From: Rhizodiscina lignyota
Lineage: Eukaryota
Length of the DNA: 64,000 nucleotides
Direction of reading: 5' to 3'
Assembly: GCA_010015805.1 (NCBI GenBank)
Contig: ML978126.1
Coordinates: forward strand, 558,001 to 622,000
In this document: piece by piece, positions 24,784 to 37,168 of the stretch
Layout of the letters: the number at the start of each line of letters is the position of its first letter
Numbering within the stretch: position 1 is the first letter of the stretch
The notes under the pieces: generated by a model
Told to the model about the DNA's origin: nothing
Databases searched by the model: none
Seen by the model: only the letters and a program-made list of their open reading frames with translations
Made by a program: the position numbers and the translations under genes

Positions 24784-26049
24784 TCACGAATGACCCATGA
24801 TCGCCCTCGGCTGGTACGGTTCCTCAAGATACTTGATCTCCTCGTCAGTCAGAGTCTTGCCTTTCACTGCAGCAGCTTCATCTAGGCGCGCCAGGCTGCT
24901 GAAGCCCACGATCGGGATTGTGTTCTTCTGAATGATCCAAGCCAATGAGACCTGGCTCATCTTCCAGCCCTTCTTCTCCGCCAATTCTTGCACACGTGCG
25001 ATGATCTTCTCGTCGCTCTCGGCGAGTCTACCCAAAGGATGGTTCTTCATAGAGGCCGCGCGAGCAGTGTCATCTGCGTTCGGAGGTCGAGCGAGGCGGC
25101 CGCGGTACAATGGAGCCCAGGGGATCAAACCAACACCGGTCTCATGGCAGAATCTGTAGTTGTAAATTAGACGTTGTAATAGAAGTTCTTAGATATTTTA
25201 ACATACTTATTCATCTCGCGTTCTTCTTCTCGGTAGCACTGCCAGATGTCAGTGAGAGTCATGAGCATTATCAGAAAACCAAGGATACCCACCAAGCTGT
25301 ACTGATTTTGCATAGAGACAAACTTAGTCCACCCATTCTTCTCTGCAACAAACTGCATCTGGGCAAATTGATATGCCCACATGCTGCTCGCACCGATGTA
25401 CCTCACCTTTCCACTCTTAACCAGATCATGGAGTGCCTCCATAGTCTCCTCAACTGGTACGGTGTAGTCGAATCGGTGAATCTGCAGCAGGTCGATGTAG
25501 TCCATCTGAAGGCGCTTCAAGCTTGCGTTGACGGCGTTGAAGATGGCGGAACGCGACAGGCCACCCAGATTGACATAGTCCTTTGTCTCCTTCATCTCGG
25601 GATATTGGATGTGTCTGATGGCGGGAGTCTCGCCAACAGTACCGTAGCACTTGGTAAGAAGGACTAACTTCTCGCGTGGAATCGAGAATTTGCGGACGGC
25701 CCTGCCAATCATCTCTTCGCTGACTAGAATGCGAATTGTCAACCTCGCAACTCCCATTGAGAAAAAGAAATGGCCTTGAAGGCACAGTTGAAAGGAGTGA
25801 CCTACCGCCATTGGAGTAGACATTGGCAGTATCCCAAGTGTTCAATCCGCGGTCATATGCACCCTTGAGAAGGTCCATGACGGCCTCCTCGTCATCGACG
25901 ACCCAATCCGCCCAATCTTTGTGGCCAAACGACATGGCTCCGAGAATGGGGACCGATACTCTCAAACCAGCATTTCCGAGCTTCACATAGCTAACTTTCG
26001 TCTCGTCAATGCTCTGCTGCAACGCCTTTGGTCTTTCTGAGGTCGCCAT
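24784..26049 (-). CDS. Aldo-keto reductase (aryl-alcohol dehydrogenase-like), 4 exons including a short internal exon
   Basis: [86 protein letters not shown]. Confidence 0.93.
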
Positions 26050-27167
26050 GATGTCAAGATGTTACTTCGAGATGCTTGGAACGATTCAATGGGATGTGGA
26101 GGCTTCGGAAAAGAGCATCAACTAGACGGAGAAGTACGAAGGGGCCTTATCTTCCTTATATATGTCGTGACGACGCACACCGACGCGGGACATTACATTC
26201 TTCAAATACCGAAGATCTCCAGCTGCCCACACGGAAATACAAGCACCGAGCTGCCAGATTGCGACATTGCAGCTTTCTGTAACCAGCTCCTGGCGTTAAA
26301 CAGCGGAACTACCAATGAGATCATGAGCGCTTTGCATGGAATTGTCGTGGCGTCACGGTCTTAGCGGGGTTAAATAGGAGATTGGAGCTGTGGAGGTGTC
26401 GAAAAGTCAAAGCTCGTTGAAGCTCCCCGCTTTTTGAGGAGCTTCGGGAAGTTGCCGAAAATGTCTGCATTCTTTAAGGCCATCGCGCTCGCCCCACCAC
26501 CGCGGTCGAGTTGGGGTGCGTCTCGCACGAAACATGTCAGATTCCTATTCTGCAGTTTAACAAGTGTGGTGAGCCTTTTCATCTGCTTGAACCGTGCCAC
26601 AACTGCGTGTGCAAATAACGTAGAACGTCTACATCGAGCCCGCAATATGTGAACGAGAGGTCTTTCGGTGCTCTCCACTGTCTCTATCAGCCATTTACCG
26701 GTGTGTACGGAAACTAGCATCTACTTGGTCAAGTTTGTAAGTCTATTGCTTAGGAGCTGTTGTCGAGCATGTTTTCGAGTCTCTCAGGAGCCACAGCGTC
26801 GAGTGCCACTGTTTGAATATGTCCCTTGAGTCTCCACCTTGCTGAATAACGTCCTCCTCGTCTCTTGAGATACTCTCGGAGATTAGCTACAGAGCTGCCG
26901 GTATACCCTTAAAATCCTCTGCCCACTCTAAGGTCGAATCCATTTCTTTTCACCCCTTCTATGGCTCCACCCGTTATCAATGTCACAACGTTATCGCGAA
27001 AATCGGGGCTCGAGGGTCGCTTCACAAGATCAGCTGCTATAACCTTACCCATCAAAGAAAAGCAGAAAGAGGAGAGATCTAAACGAGAAAATGTCTATTG
27101 CTTTAAATGATATCAAATCCATTTCCAAAGCGAGTGTACTTGCTAACAGGACATAGCCCTGTCGCAC

Positions 27168-29167
27168 TTAGACAGTGTACCGGAAGAAGCTTGCATAATC
27201 GCCCAAGTCACGCTCCTGTATCTTCTCCGCAGCAGTGTACTCCTCCGGCTTCTTCGCGTTACGCTCGCCCCGACTCTTGTTCTCGATGCGCAAGTAGACG
27301 GCCATGCCGAAGCTGAGAAGGGCAGCGAAAGCGCACATGCCAGCAAGCATCCCATAGCCAGGAATATAGCGTGGCTCATCCTTTGGCAAGAAGCTGTAGC
27401 CGGAGATGACGCCACCCAGGTTACCAAGGAGCACCTGCATGGCAATTCCAACGCTGCGCTTGGTGCTGCCGCCGATGTTGTTGCTATTCCAGGCGACGCA
27501 GGCGGGGACGTTGGGGTAGATCCCCGCGGCAGCGAGAAATGTTCCGGCGTATTTGACGTGGCTAGACTCGGAGGCCAGTAGCATGATGAAGCCGACCATT
27601 CTGACTCGTATTAGCTAAGAGCGCTTGTTGTCTGGGAGTTAGTATTGATAAACTCACGCGACCAGGCAGAAACCAATCTGATAGATACCACGCTGGCGAT
27701 GGCGGTCCTCGATGAAGCCTGCACTGATGCACAAGAAGCAGGCAACGACGTATGGAGGCACACTCATCAACTGAGCGGAATTATTCGTATAACCCAAGCT
27801 CTTGATGATTGTGGGAAGGAACAGCGAGAAAGAGTACAAGCAAGTGAAGATGCAGAGGGTGATGGCCATGTGGACCCAGATCTTCCAGTCCTTGAAGGCA
27901 TCGAAGATGAAGCTCCAGGAAAATTCATCGGCAAGGCCATTACAGTCATCTTCCAAGCGGCGCTTGACTTCGGTCCTCTCCTCCTTGTTAAGGAACTTTG
28001 CCGTATCGGCATAGTCAAACATGAAGTAAAATGCGCTAACCCCTACAAAAGAACTCTGTTAGTCGCATGTACCCAGGCGGTTGATGCATGAGCCCGTGAT
28101 CGGAGATCCTCAAAGGTGACAAAATAGGTGAGCCCAGAGAGGCCGAAGAGCATAGTACGAGCGAGCTTTGATCTCTAATTCAAGCAAGAGCATCCCTGAA
28201 AGCTTGATTCAATATTCCTTGGGAAGTATTTGGCACGTGTGCACAGCTTCCATGCCCACATCACTGAAGGAGTTTACGCATCCTAACAGTTCGACGTCTC
28301 GCAGCCGCAGCTCAACTATTCGTCACCCTCAAGGGTGTGGAGGTTGACAACTTACCAACAACGAAAGTTACCATCCCCTCAAGGATGAAGATCCACTGCC
28401 ACGATTTGAGACCGGCCGTACTATCCATCTGCATGATGCCGCGGGCGATCAGGCCTCCGAATGCGCCTGCGACGGTAGCAGCGGAAAAGAAGATCGCCAG
28501 ACGAAGGCCACATTCGTAGCGGCGATACCACATTGTTAGAAAAAAGGCAATACCGGGGAAAAGGCCACCCTCAGCAAGGCCCAATGCGGCACGAATCGCC
28601 AACAAACCCGCATAGTTCTTCACTAGGCCCATAAGGATGCACATCAATCCCCAGGCAACCATGAGAGTCGGAATCCAGACGGAAGGCCGCGATGCCTTCA
28701 TGACGATATTCGAGGGTATCTCGGCGAGGACGTAGAAGGGGAAGAAGATCGCGAGCACATTGTTGTAGTCAAGGCCGGTCATTCCCAAGCTCTTCTCAAG
28801 ACCCGCAAGACGAGCATTCCCAATGTTTGAGCGGTCGAGGAAACTTAGCCTGTAACACTTCTCAGCATAAAATTGGTTCAAAAGAGAGTGTTCGGAGGGC
28901 TTACAGGTATAAGAGCGAGAGAAAGGGAATCAAGGTCCAGTCGATCTTCCTCAGAAGCCGCGCGGTCGCCTTCTCATCGAACGGGCTGGCGAAAATGCTG
29001 GAGCCGGCCTCGATGGTACTGTCGGACTCCTTCTTAGTTTCCTTGACATGGCGGGACTTAACGCTATGCATGCCCTTCTCGGGCTGCAACGCATCGTCGC
29101 TGATGAGCGGAGCATCGCTGTTCTTCTCCGGGTCTGTAGCGAAGGTAGGAGCAGCGGCAAGATCCAT
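27168..29167 (-). CDS. MFS transporter, ACS family (Tna1/nicotinate-permease-like), 4 exons
   Basis: LLRKIDWTLIPFLSLLYL|LSFLDRSNIGNARLAG, EIPSN, AEGGLFPG, WQWIFILEG, FLPTII..LGY, AQLMSVPPY, DLGDYASFFRYTV. Confidence 0.92.
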
Positions 29168-30666
29168 TGCAAGATGGTTGAATAGATCGAGAAAGCTAAG
29201 TATTCTTGCCTGGGGAGACAGGCGTTGGGTGCTATTGCGTTGTCCGAGAGAGGGAGAAAGAGCAACGCTTCAATGATATGCACGTTAACTAGTGGGTCCA
29301 ATTGCTGTGCTCCTGCCAAAAATGAGGCGTTGTTCAGGCTCAGGTGCTGAATTTGCCGCAGAAGGCACTCCACAAGGTGAAGGAGCCACGAGGGACCGTC
29401 GGGCAGTTTTTAACGATTAGGGCCCAGCAGCTCTTGCTCTTCAAAGTATGGCGAGACTACCTCTGAAAGCTCAGTGTTACCGTTCCTTGAAGTATATACC
29501 GCAATAGCATAGCATTGAAAGCCTTGCATGCCTGACTGTTTGGTGAGGCCCTAAATAATAGTCAGGAAGTATCTTGAACACTGCGAGAAGCCTTTTGTGC
29601 CACCCCTGACGGAGTGTTCTAGGCGTAGCTCATGCATCTACACACTCCTTGGTGCACTTTCAGGTATCCTTTGGGGGTCGTGATGGGAGCACGCGCTACA
29701 TGGTGGAGTGTTGACGGAGAGCAATGTGTAACATCAAGATCACCCAGGACGCCCACAGATGCAGTTCCAGATCGTACAGTTCATAGAATGCAGGGCACTG
29801 TCCTGAGAACTGATAAGAAGGTTGTAACTTGTTAACGGTGTGTTCCACAGAGTACATGGAATGCTCACCTGCACAGTCTCGATAGGGCAGTACCTTGGGC
29901 CCGCCACTTAATTTCCCAGAGGAAACAGAGTCAGATTCATGGCTTCTGGGCCGAGGGAGGCACCTGAGGCTCAGTCAGAATAAGCCGGCTTGTTGGACCA
30001 TCTTTTCGAGCGCCACTCGAGAACGCGTGCTTGACGGGTACCCAATACAGCCAAGCCACGCTGACGTGGTAGCACCCGACAGGTGCTCAGTCCAACTATC
30101 CTCGAGTTTGTTCGGGTCCCAGCAGCTGAAGACATTATCTCGATTTGTTTTATCGGAAAGTGGGGGCTGATATGCTGTGAAACAGAGCCTCACGATCTCC
30201 ACCAATATGGACTTGGCTGTTCCCACCGCGGGAAATTTAGGAGCAGAGGGCTTCGGCAGTACAACGATAACGCTTCCAATCAGATGGAGGGAAAGGACAA
30301 TATGTCCGAAGGATCTGGATCAAGAGTTACGAGAGGGTGTATGTGGTTCCAGCGTAGTAGAAATAATTCCGGCGGATGAGAAACTCGCTACAATGGACAG
30401 GAAATGAGTGCAATCAGCTGCTATAACGTCTTTAAACAAGAGAGTCAATTGATTAAACAGGCGGACTTCTTCGAAGAGGCCAATGCAATTATGGGAAGGA
30501 AGTAATAGTAATAGAACAGTAAATAAGAACTCTCGATGTTTCACCTGCAAACGTGGCAGATATAGCTGAAGCAATATACCTGTTACGAGATATTTGCCGG
30601 TGCGATACTTTCCACGTGGCGTGGATTGAGAAGCACACGCACACCTAGCTTGGTTACATCCACTCT

Positions 30667-31284
30667 TCAGTAGCAGCCTCCGGCATGCGGCTCGCCGTAG
30701 CGATCGTCTTTCCTCTCGTCCGTCATGTCCAAGTAATTGATCCACTTCTTCTCGTGCCATTCTTTCAAGTCGAAGCCTTCCTGTCCTGGCTCGATAGTCG
30801 CAGCATTGACACTCAAGTATGCGTTCTTGCCCTCTTTCCATTCAACAGAACCTTCACGCCAATTCTCCGCACGCGGCCTCCAGACCTTTGTTGTTTTACC
30901 CTCTGATGGTTTTCCTAGCCAGGATTCGAGGTCAATGTCAGAAACCTCTCCGTGGCCCCTGAGGGCAAAGCACCTGACCCCGCAATTGCCACAGAAGTAC
31001 CAATTGATGATCTTGTCAAAGCATTGGTAGTTGCTTAGCCCGCCTTCCTGAGGGTTTAGCGGGGAGAGGAGAACGAAGTCATTTGGCGAGTCCTTTAGGC
31101 GGAGATGGAAGAATCCCATCTTGTGGCAAGTCGAGCAGTTGCACTTGCGAATGCGGATGGTAGTGGATGCCGGTGGGTGGGCACTCTCAGCGTCCTCGAC
31201 CGGGAGAGTCATGTACGCGACATACTTCGTTTCGCCGCAGTGACATGACCCAAAGTAAGGGCGGCGTGTTGGCTTAGAAGACAT
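30667..31284 (-). CDS. GFA/CENP-V (Mss4-like) zinc-binding protein, intronless
   Basis: GSCHCG, KCNCSTCHKMG, FCGNCGV and SVNA motifs. Confidence 0.88.
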   Translation of the reverse strand: MSSKPTRRPYFGSCHCGETKYVAYMTLPVEDAESAHPPASTTIRIRKCNCSTCHKMGFFHLRLKDSPNDFVLLSPLNPQEGGLSNYQCFDKIINWYFCGNCGVRCFALRGHGEVSDIDLESWLGKPSEGKTTKVWRPRAENWREGSVEWKEGKNAYLSVNAATIEPGQEGFDLKEWHEKKWINYLDMTDERKDDRYGEPHAGGCY

Positions 31285-32707
31285 TGTGGCACCAATAGCA
31301 CCTTCCGGAGAGAGCTGCCGAAAAAAGTTCCCGAGTTAGCTATGTGTCTGATTTTGTGAAGTCTGGCCAAGGTTTACTTCTCTTTGACCTGCTCGCGAGC
31401 TGCAAGTGAACTTAGAGTTGGAGTCTCCTTAATCGGAAGCCTAGTACGAATGGGTTGGCAGTGTCTCGTCGTCGGCCTATTCAAAACACTCTCGACACAG
31501 GCCCACCGTTCATATAGCACCTTCCGGTGCCAGAAGACGGCCGCGGGATGGACATTCTGAGGCAGCTTTGAGTCATCCTGCGGGGATACGAACGTCATTT
31601 CCTGCCTAGCGGGTGGTTGCTATCACGTCAAAGTCCAAACCGGTCAAGGGTGTGCATGGGAACGAAAGGGCGTGCGCTGGAACGAGGACGGCACGCGTCG
31701 ATCTATCGCGAGAATAACGCGTGCATCACGTGATACCTGCGGGGCAAAAGACCTGGAAGGGAAGGGGCCCGGGTCGACGTCGCTGTACGCTTACGCAATT
31801 GAAATGAAGTGTGAACAGGAGAGAGAGCGGCACTGCTCGATGATGAGGGAAGATGGCCTGCCGCCAGCCGTTTCTGCGGCCGGGCGTATATCTGTCAGCT
31901 TGCTTGGCGCTTGCCTGCACATCTGAAGTCGACACGTCCGAGCGGCACGACAGATATCCGCCGACAAATATAAGCATTCTGACACCTTTTCCCATCTCTC
32001 GCCCCCTATGCATTGCCGGAAGCAGCGAACCCGGCGCATTCTGCGATGCTTGACGATGACGATGAGGCTCCTGGGTCTGTGAAGAGGTTGGTATGCTTGC
32101 TGCGCGGAGAACTTCCCTGCATGTTGGTGGTTGCTTCCCCGGCCAACCACGCGCCGCGACCTCGACCTCCCGCCTCCTATTCGAAACGCAGAGCCGCCTA
32201 CGCGCCCGACGTCCTGTAAACGCTCGATGAACGGGCAAACTTGCTTCAAGGAGGTCACCCCGTCCTCTTGCATGCCAGCATAGCCACCGAGTGCGTCAGG
32301 CCAAACTGATCATGCAGCTCCCTCAGCGACGCATACGAGCCAGCGCTGGCAAGACACGCGAGACCTCCCGAACCACACTGCTCCTGCTACTCGGACTCAG
32401 ATGCTATTCTCAGGCCCAACGAAGCGCCTCACATGTCACCACAAGGGAAACGTGGGGCAAAGTGCTCCGTCACTCATAAACTCGCGGTGCCCGGCGCGCG
32501 GCGCTTGCTAGAACATGTACAGTAGCGTCTATAATTGTTTTCTCAATGCCTTCAGGCTGTGCCGTTGTCTTCTGTTTGCTTGACGCCGATTACGAACCAT
32601 GATCTTGTCCTTTAATTTCTAGAATTTCCTTCACTCTGCTGTTTCTGTTTTGCATGCATACCGCCATCTGAACGCTGTGCCGCAGCGGCTAGGCCCGCTC
32701 GAGCACC

Positions 32708-34705
32708 ATGGGGAGAAGGCCACGCCTCTGGAAGGTTGCCCACGCCTGTCTAACATTATGTCTTCTTCGGTACACATCTGCGATAGCTGTACGACCTTCA
32801 CTCGCTTACGAAACTTCGATTCACCTGTTTGCTCGAGACACTACCTGCGGGGGAGACTCCAATTATCGCACTTGTGGTGGGGATCTCCCATCGAACTGGT
32901 GCTGCTCGACCGGCAGCACTTGCATTCCACTCAATAATACCGGGACCGAAGCGGTAATATGCTGTCCACAGTCAGATAGCGGCAAATGCACGACAATCCA
33001 GCCCATCTCCTGCGACATTAGCAAACAAAACGCATCGGTCAACCCTCATTCGGAGTTGTTTACACAAGACCTCAGTCAGAAGTTGGGAACGTGTGGGCAG
33101 GGCACATGCTGTCCATTGGGATACTCGTGCAAGGACGACACGTGTGTCATGGATGAGGAAACGAAACAGAGTCCAGGGGTAAGAGCCTATTTGAACGCGA
33201 TTTCCCCATCTCCAAGTCTATCAACTGTTGTCATGGTGTATGCGCCTGCTCCATCTGTTTTTGGTATATTATCGACGATCAGCTTCCAATCTACCCAAAC
33301 AATTCCAAGCGCTTCAGATCTGCGGGTCCAAAAAGGGAACAGCGATTGCAGTGATCTTTATAAATGCCAAGACATGCTAACGTGAGCCATATGAACACAG
33401 GCAAAGGCTCCTGCAGAGTCATCACAATCTCTCCCCCCGTCCACAGTATCTCCACCTCTTTCGACTTCGAGCACACCATCAGCCGTATCCTCTACACCAT
33501 CATCCCTCATTTCTGATACGACTCCACCAAATGCGACGCCCACTCCACAGAATACCTCCGACTACCCTGCTCGCGCGGTACTGGCGGGCCTTTTCCCGGG
33601 AATTATTCTTGGGGCACTTTTGGGTGCGGCGATATTCTTCTATGTTCGCCACCGCAGCAATAAGCGGCTTGAGGCGTCGGAACGGAACAGTCAACGCAGC
33701 TCCTTTGGCGACAGAGGCTTCCAACAACAACGTCCACGACCACCGCCGCCGCCACCAGTGCAACAACGCGACACACATGTGCATTGGTACTCACGGTACT
33801 CAAATCATCTACACCCGCAACAGTATGGGCGAAACATCTCAGATCCAATATTTTACGCTCAGACGCCCAACCGTACAGACTTCTTGAAGCAGTCTCGCGG
33901 AAGCGACCATACGAGCAGCAGCGATAGCGCAAACAAGACGCTCGGACCAGTCACCCCAGAGCAGAATCAGAGATGGTATCGGCGCTCGCCCAGATTGTCG
34001 CCCAGGTTGCCCATGGGGACTTGGAGTTCCACAGTCACAGTGCCAACACTCTCTACTCCCAACCCGCAAAAGCATAGAGAAAACAGAGCCGCCTTAAATG
34101 AGCTGACTCCGACACCACAGGGGCGCGGTGTACTGAACCCTGCTCCCTACGCGCCCGGCTTAGCCATCACGACACCTTCCAGCAATCCTGTACGGGATTT
34201 CCTGAGACCGATATCACCATCTATGCAGTCCATCAAATCGTTCCACGCGCGGACAAAATCAGCAGAACGTGCCGCGATCGCAAACGGCTCGCCCCAACCA
34301 GCACGCAACGCCAGCGGGAAGAGCACCACCACAACCATAGCGTCGCGCTCAACGTCGGGCAGGAACCTGTCCCGCAGAGAAACGGCCACGAGCGGCGAGA
34401 CCATAAATTTCCTCCTCGCCCCAAGCGCGATGAGCACCGTGCCGTTGCGGCTGGGGAACGAGGTCAGATTCCAAGACGATGGTCCGCCGCCACGGCCGCC
34501 GAGCAAAATCAGCGAAGAGGGGCCTAGCGCAACATTAGCAGCGCCTTGGATAGAGCCAGCATTTTCCATTCCAGGGAGCCCGATTGATCGGGGCGGGGAC
34601 AGGGAGACATTGCAGCGGCCGGAGAGAATGACAAGATTTACGACACTCATGCTCGATGCGGGATTTGCGCACGGGAGCCCTGGGAAGGCTATTGCGAGGA
34701 CCTAG
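32708..34705 (+). CDS. Type I membrane protein: signal peptide, Cys-rich ectodomain, S/T/P stalk, one TM, disordered tail; exons 32708-33178, 33401-34705
   Basis: TCGG..TCGG..WCC..C..ICCP..C..ISCD..TCG..CCPLGYSC..C. Phase-0 intron GTAAGA...CTAAC...ACAG. TM AVLAGLFPGIILGALLGAAIFFYV followed by RHR. Confidence 0.85.
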
Positions 34706-35646
34706 GCTTTTTACGAATTCTATGCACGGCGCGGCGGGCATTTTTTGTTCTTGATAGCGTTCTACCTTTCGTGTAAATACGGACGAGAGTATATACCCTT
34801 AGATTAACTCTCACAGAAGACTATTTTGGCAAATGTCACATGTCTTGGTGTATTCTACAGTGAACAACGCCCTTCTGCAGATTCATCTCTCTTCCGTCGG
34901 TCTTCTATAATGTGTGAAGATTTAAATATTTACTTAGTTGCATTTCGACTTCGAGCTTGCGCATGCAGCTCGAGCCTCGATTCTATTATATGCGGGCGCT
35001 CGACTTGCTGCTTGGACTCATAGAGCGAGCATTGCTTCAGTTTAGTGCACTCGCTCAGCTTGCGGTCTGCGCATGGAGGTCGAGCTTCAATTCGATTATG
35101 CGCCGGCGCCCGTCTTGCAGCTTGCATACATGGGTCAAGCGTGAAGCTCTCGCAGTTTGGTCCACAGTCGACCCCGTCGCCCTTAGACCATTGCTGGCGT
35201 TCGAGCGCCGTTTGAAAGAGTGGGATCAAAGCACCGAAGCGCAACAACCAGTTGCGTTTCGTATCCAGGTTTTTGCCGTTGCAATGGTCGCATGGGACGC
35301 CTGATAGATCTTCTGGGAGGTACTCCGCCTTAATATACTGCTGGGCCGAGAGGCCCTGCTTCGGCAGTGTCGTCAGGAGAGCAGTAATCTCTAGGAGTAT
35401 GTGTCGTGATTATAAGGATAGAACATTCTCGAGACAGTCAATAACTTAGAAAATGAATTTCCGTATTCGCTGTGGGTGTATTAGACAGACGCAGATGGGA
35501 GTGCAGAAATACTGCTACGAGAGATTAAAACTTTCGCTATAGAACAACAGACGTATAACCCGCTTAGAAACCAGCGTTCTATTGATATCTCAACCTGCAA
35601 AAAGCCTCCGCGATGCCGGGCTTCACATATCTCTCCGCCGCGAGGT

Positions 35647-36127
35647 CTAAATCTGTCGCACCAAGTCTCCTACCCAACCCACACCTTCTGGCCTGTTGAT
35701 TTCCATCACAGGACGATGTTCTCTCAACCACTTCTTGTCTTCCAGCGTCCCGGCCTTGATGAAGCGCATGGCCTTCATGTTCTCCGCCTCGGTCTGCGAG
35801 AAGACGGTCGTCCCACAATTCGAGCAGAAGCTGTTCGTGCACGTTGCCCCAGAGCTTCCGGGCCGCTGCCATTTCTTGATTGCGCTCGTTGATGAAGGAG
35901 AGAGATGCAGCTCGCTTGCAGGGACCATGAGGTTGGTGCCAAAGACGGTTCCGGACATCGCCTGGCATTGGACGCAGTGGCAGAGTGCCTAAATTCGGTC
36001 AGTAAGTATTATGAGTGCCGATATGTACCAGGGATTGGATTGAGCGGCGATTACACACCACGACGGGTTCCGGAGATGTTATTTCATACTGGACAGCCTG
36101 GCAAGAGCAACCGCCTTTCAACGTCAT
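35647..36127 (-). CDS. Second GFA/CENP-V (Mss4-like) protein, 2 exons
   Basis: Spliced MTLKGGCSCQAVQYEITSPEPVV|ALCHCVQCQAMSG...FCSNCGT...IKAGTLED; intron GTGTGT...CTGAC...TTTAG at ~36058-35989. Confidence 0.85.
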
Positions 36128-37168
36128 TGTGAGAGCTGCGAGAGATGAATACAGTAGTTGTGAAGTCCCGGAATTTCCAAGAGAGCAGTTTCACAATGTG
36201 CTTGAACGCTAACCGTCAGTGTGTTCGCGGATCATCAACTCTGCGACGTGTCGTGGTAGCCGGCGCAAGTTTTATATTTGCAGCCACATAAGCCCTTAAG
36301 CTTGAGGGGTGATGAATTCCGCTGACAAAGTCGACCGAACCCTAGGCCAAAAAGCAATTGCGGTGGATAGTGCCAAAGCCGTCATTTCTGCCCAAGGATC
36401 GGAAGACCAGATGCATCTACCAGTGATCATGCTAATTCCTAGTAGCATCAGAGCTATCAAGGAGCACGCTACATGGATCCGGGGTGTGGATTTAAGAGCA
36501 ATAAGCGGGCTTTCCGAGCTCGGCTCTCTGCGCTAAAGCGGCCCGCGCGACCCAGAACCTTTGCACCGGGTCCTTAGGCATGCCGAATTCCCTGGAAAAC
36601 TCGCAAGCTGCAAGGCCGAGATAGATCTGCCTGAACAGCTCTGAGTCCGGATGTTGTACTGATCCCCGCTGAGTATGCCGCTTACGTGACCCTGGAACCT
36701 AGCGCGCCGCTGCAAGTCACCGAGCGAGGTACCAGAATTCGAAGTATCGGAGCATGGCATCATCAAGCACGGACGTCTGATCCATGGCAAAGCCTGAACA
36801 TTAGGCGGAAATACTCTGGACATGTCGAGACTGGTATACATTAAAAACATAGTAGCACCAACGTGCTTTGATTGGTCGTTAATCGGCGACACGTGACCAT
36901 CCAGTGGCCAATGGCGGCGGAAAAATATTTCCACGATTAATACGAGAGCAGAGAACCATCCCGTAAAGATGATATAAACAACATCAACGACTCAGCGAGA
37001 TATGACAGAATAGGAAATATATACAGCGAAGTTAAAGCACCTGACTTCGGAGATACCTGATAACGCTACAGCCGGTCACCGTATTTTCGCCGGCCGCTCG
37101 CATGGTCGCCAAAGAGGGAATATGGTATTTCTGAACAGTGACGTATTCGCGACTCCATCGTATTTGTT

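Noticed and set aside
22026..29167. TPP riboswitch in transporter introns
   Set aside because: I could not find the CUGAGA-containing aptamer core with the matching downstream elements, and these are not the usual host families.
31672..32479. Several 60-170 aa ORFs
   Set aside because: GC-rich divergent promoter region with no coherent gene structure.
36309..36934. Possible pseudogene between the GFA and C2 genes
   Set aside because: No frame gave a recognisable family motif.
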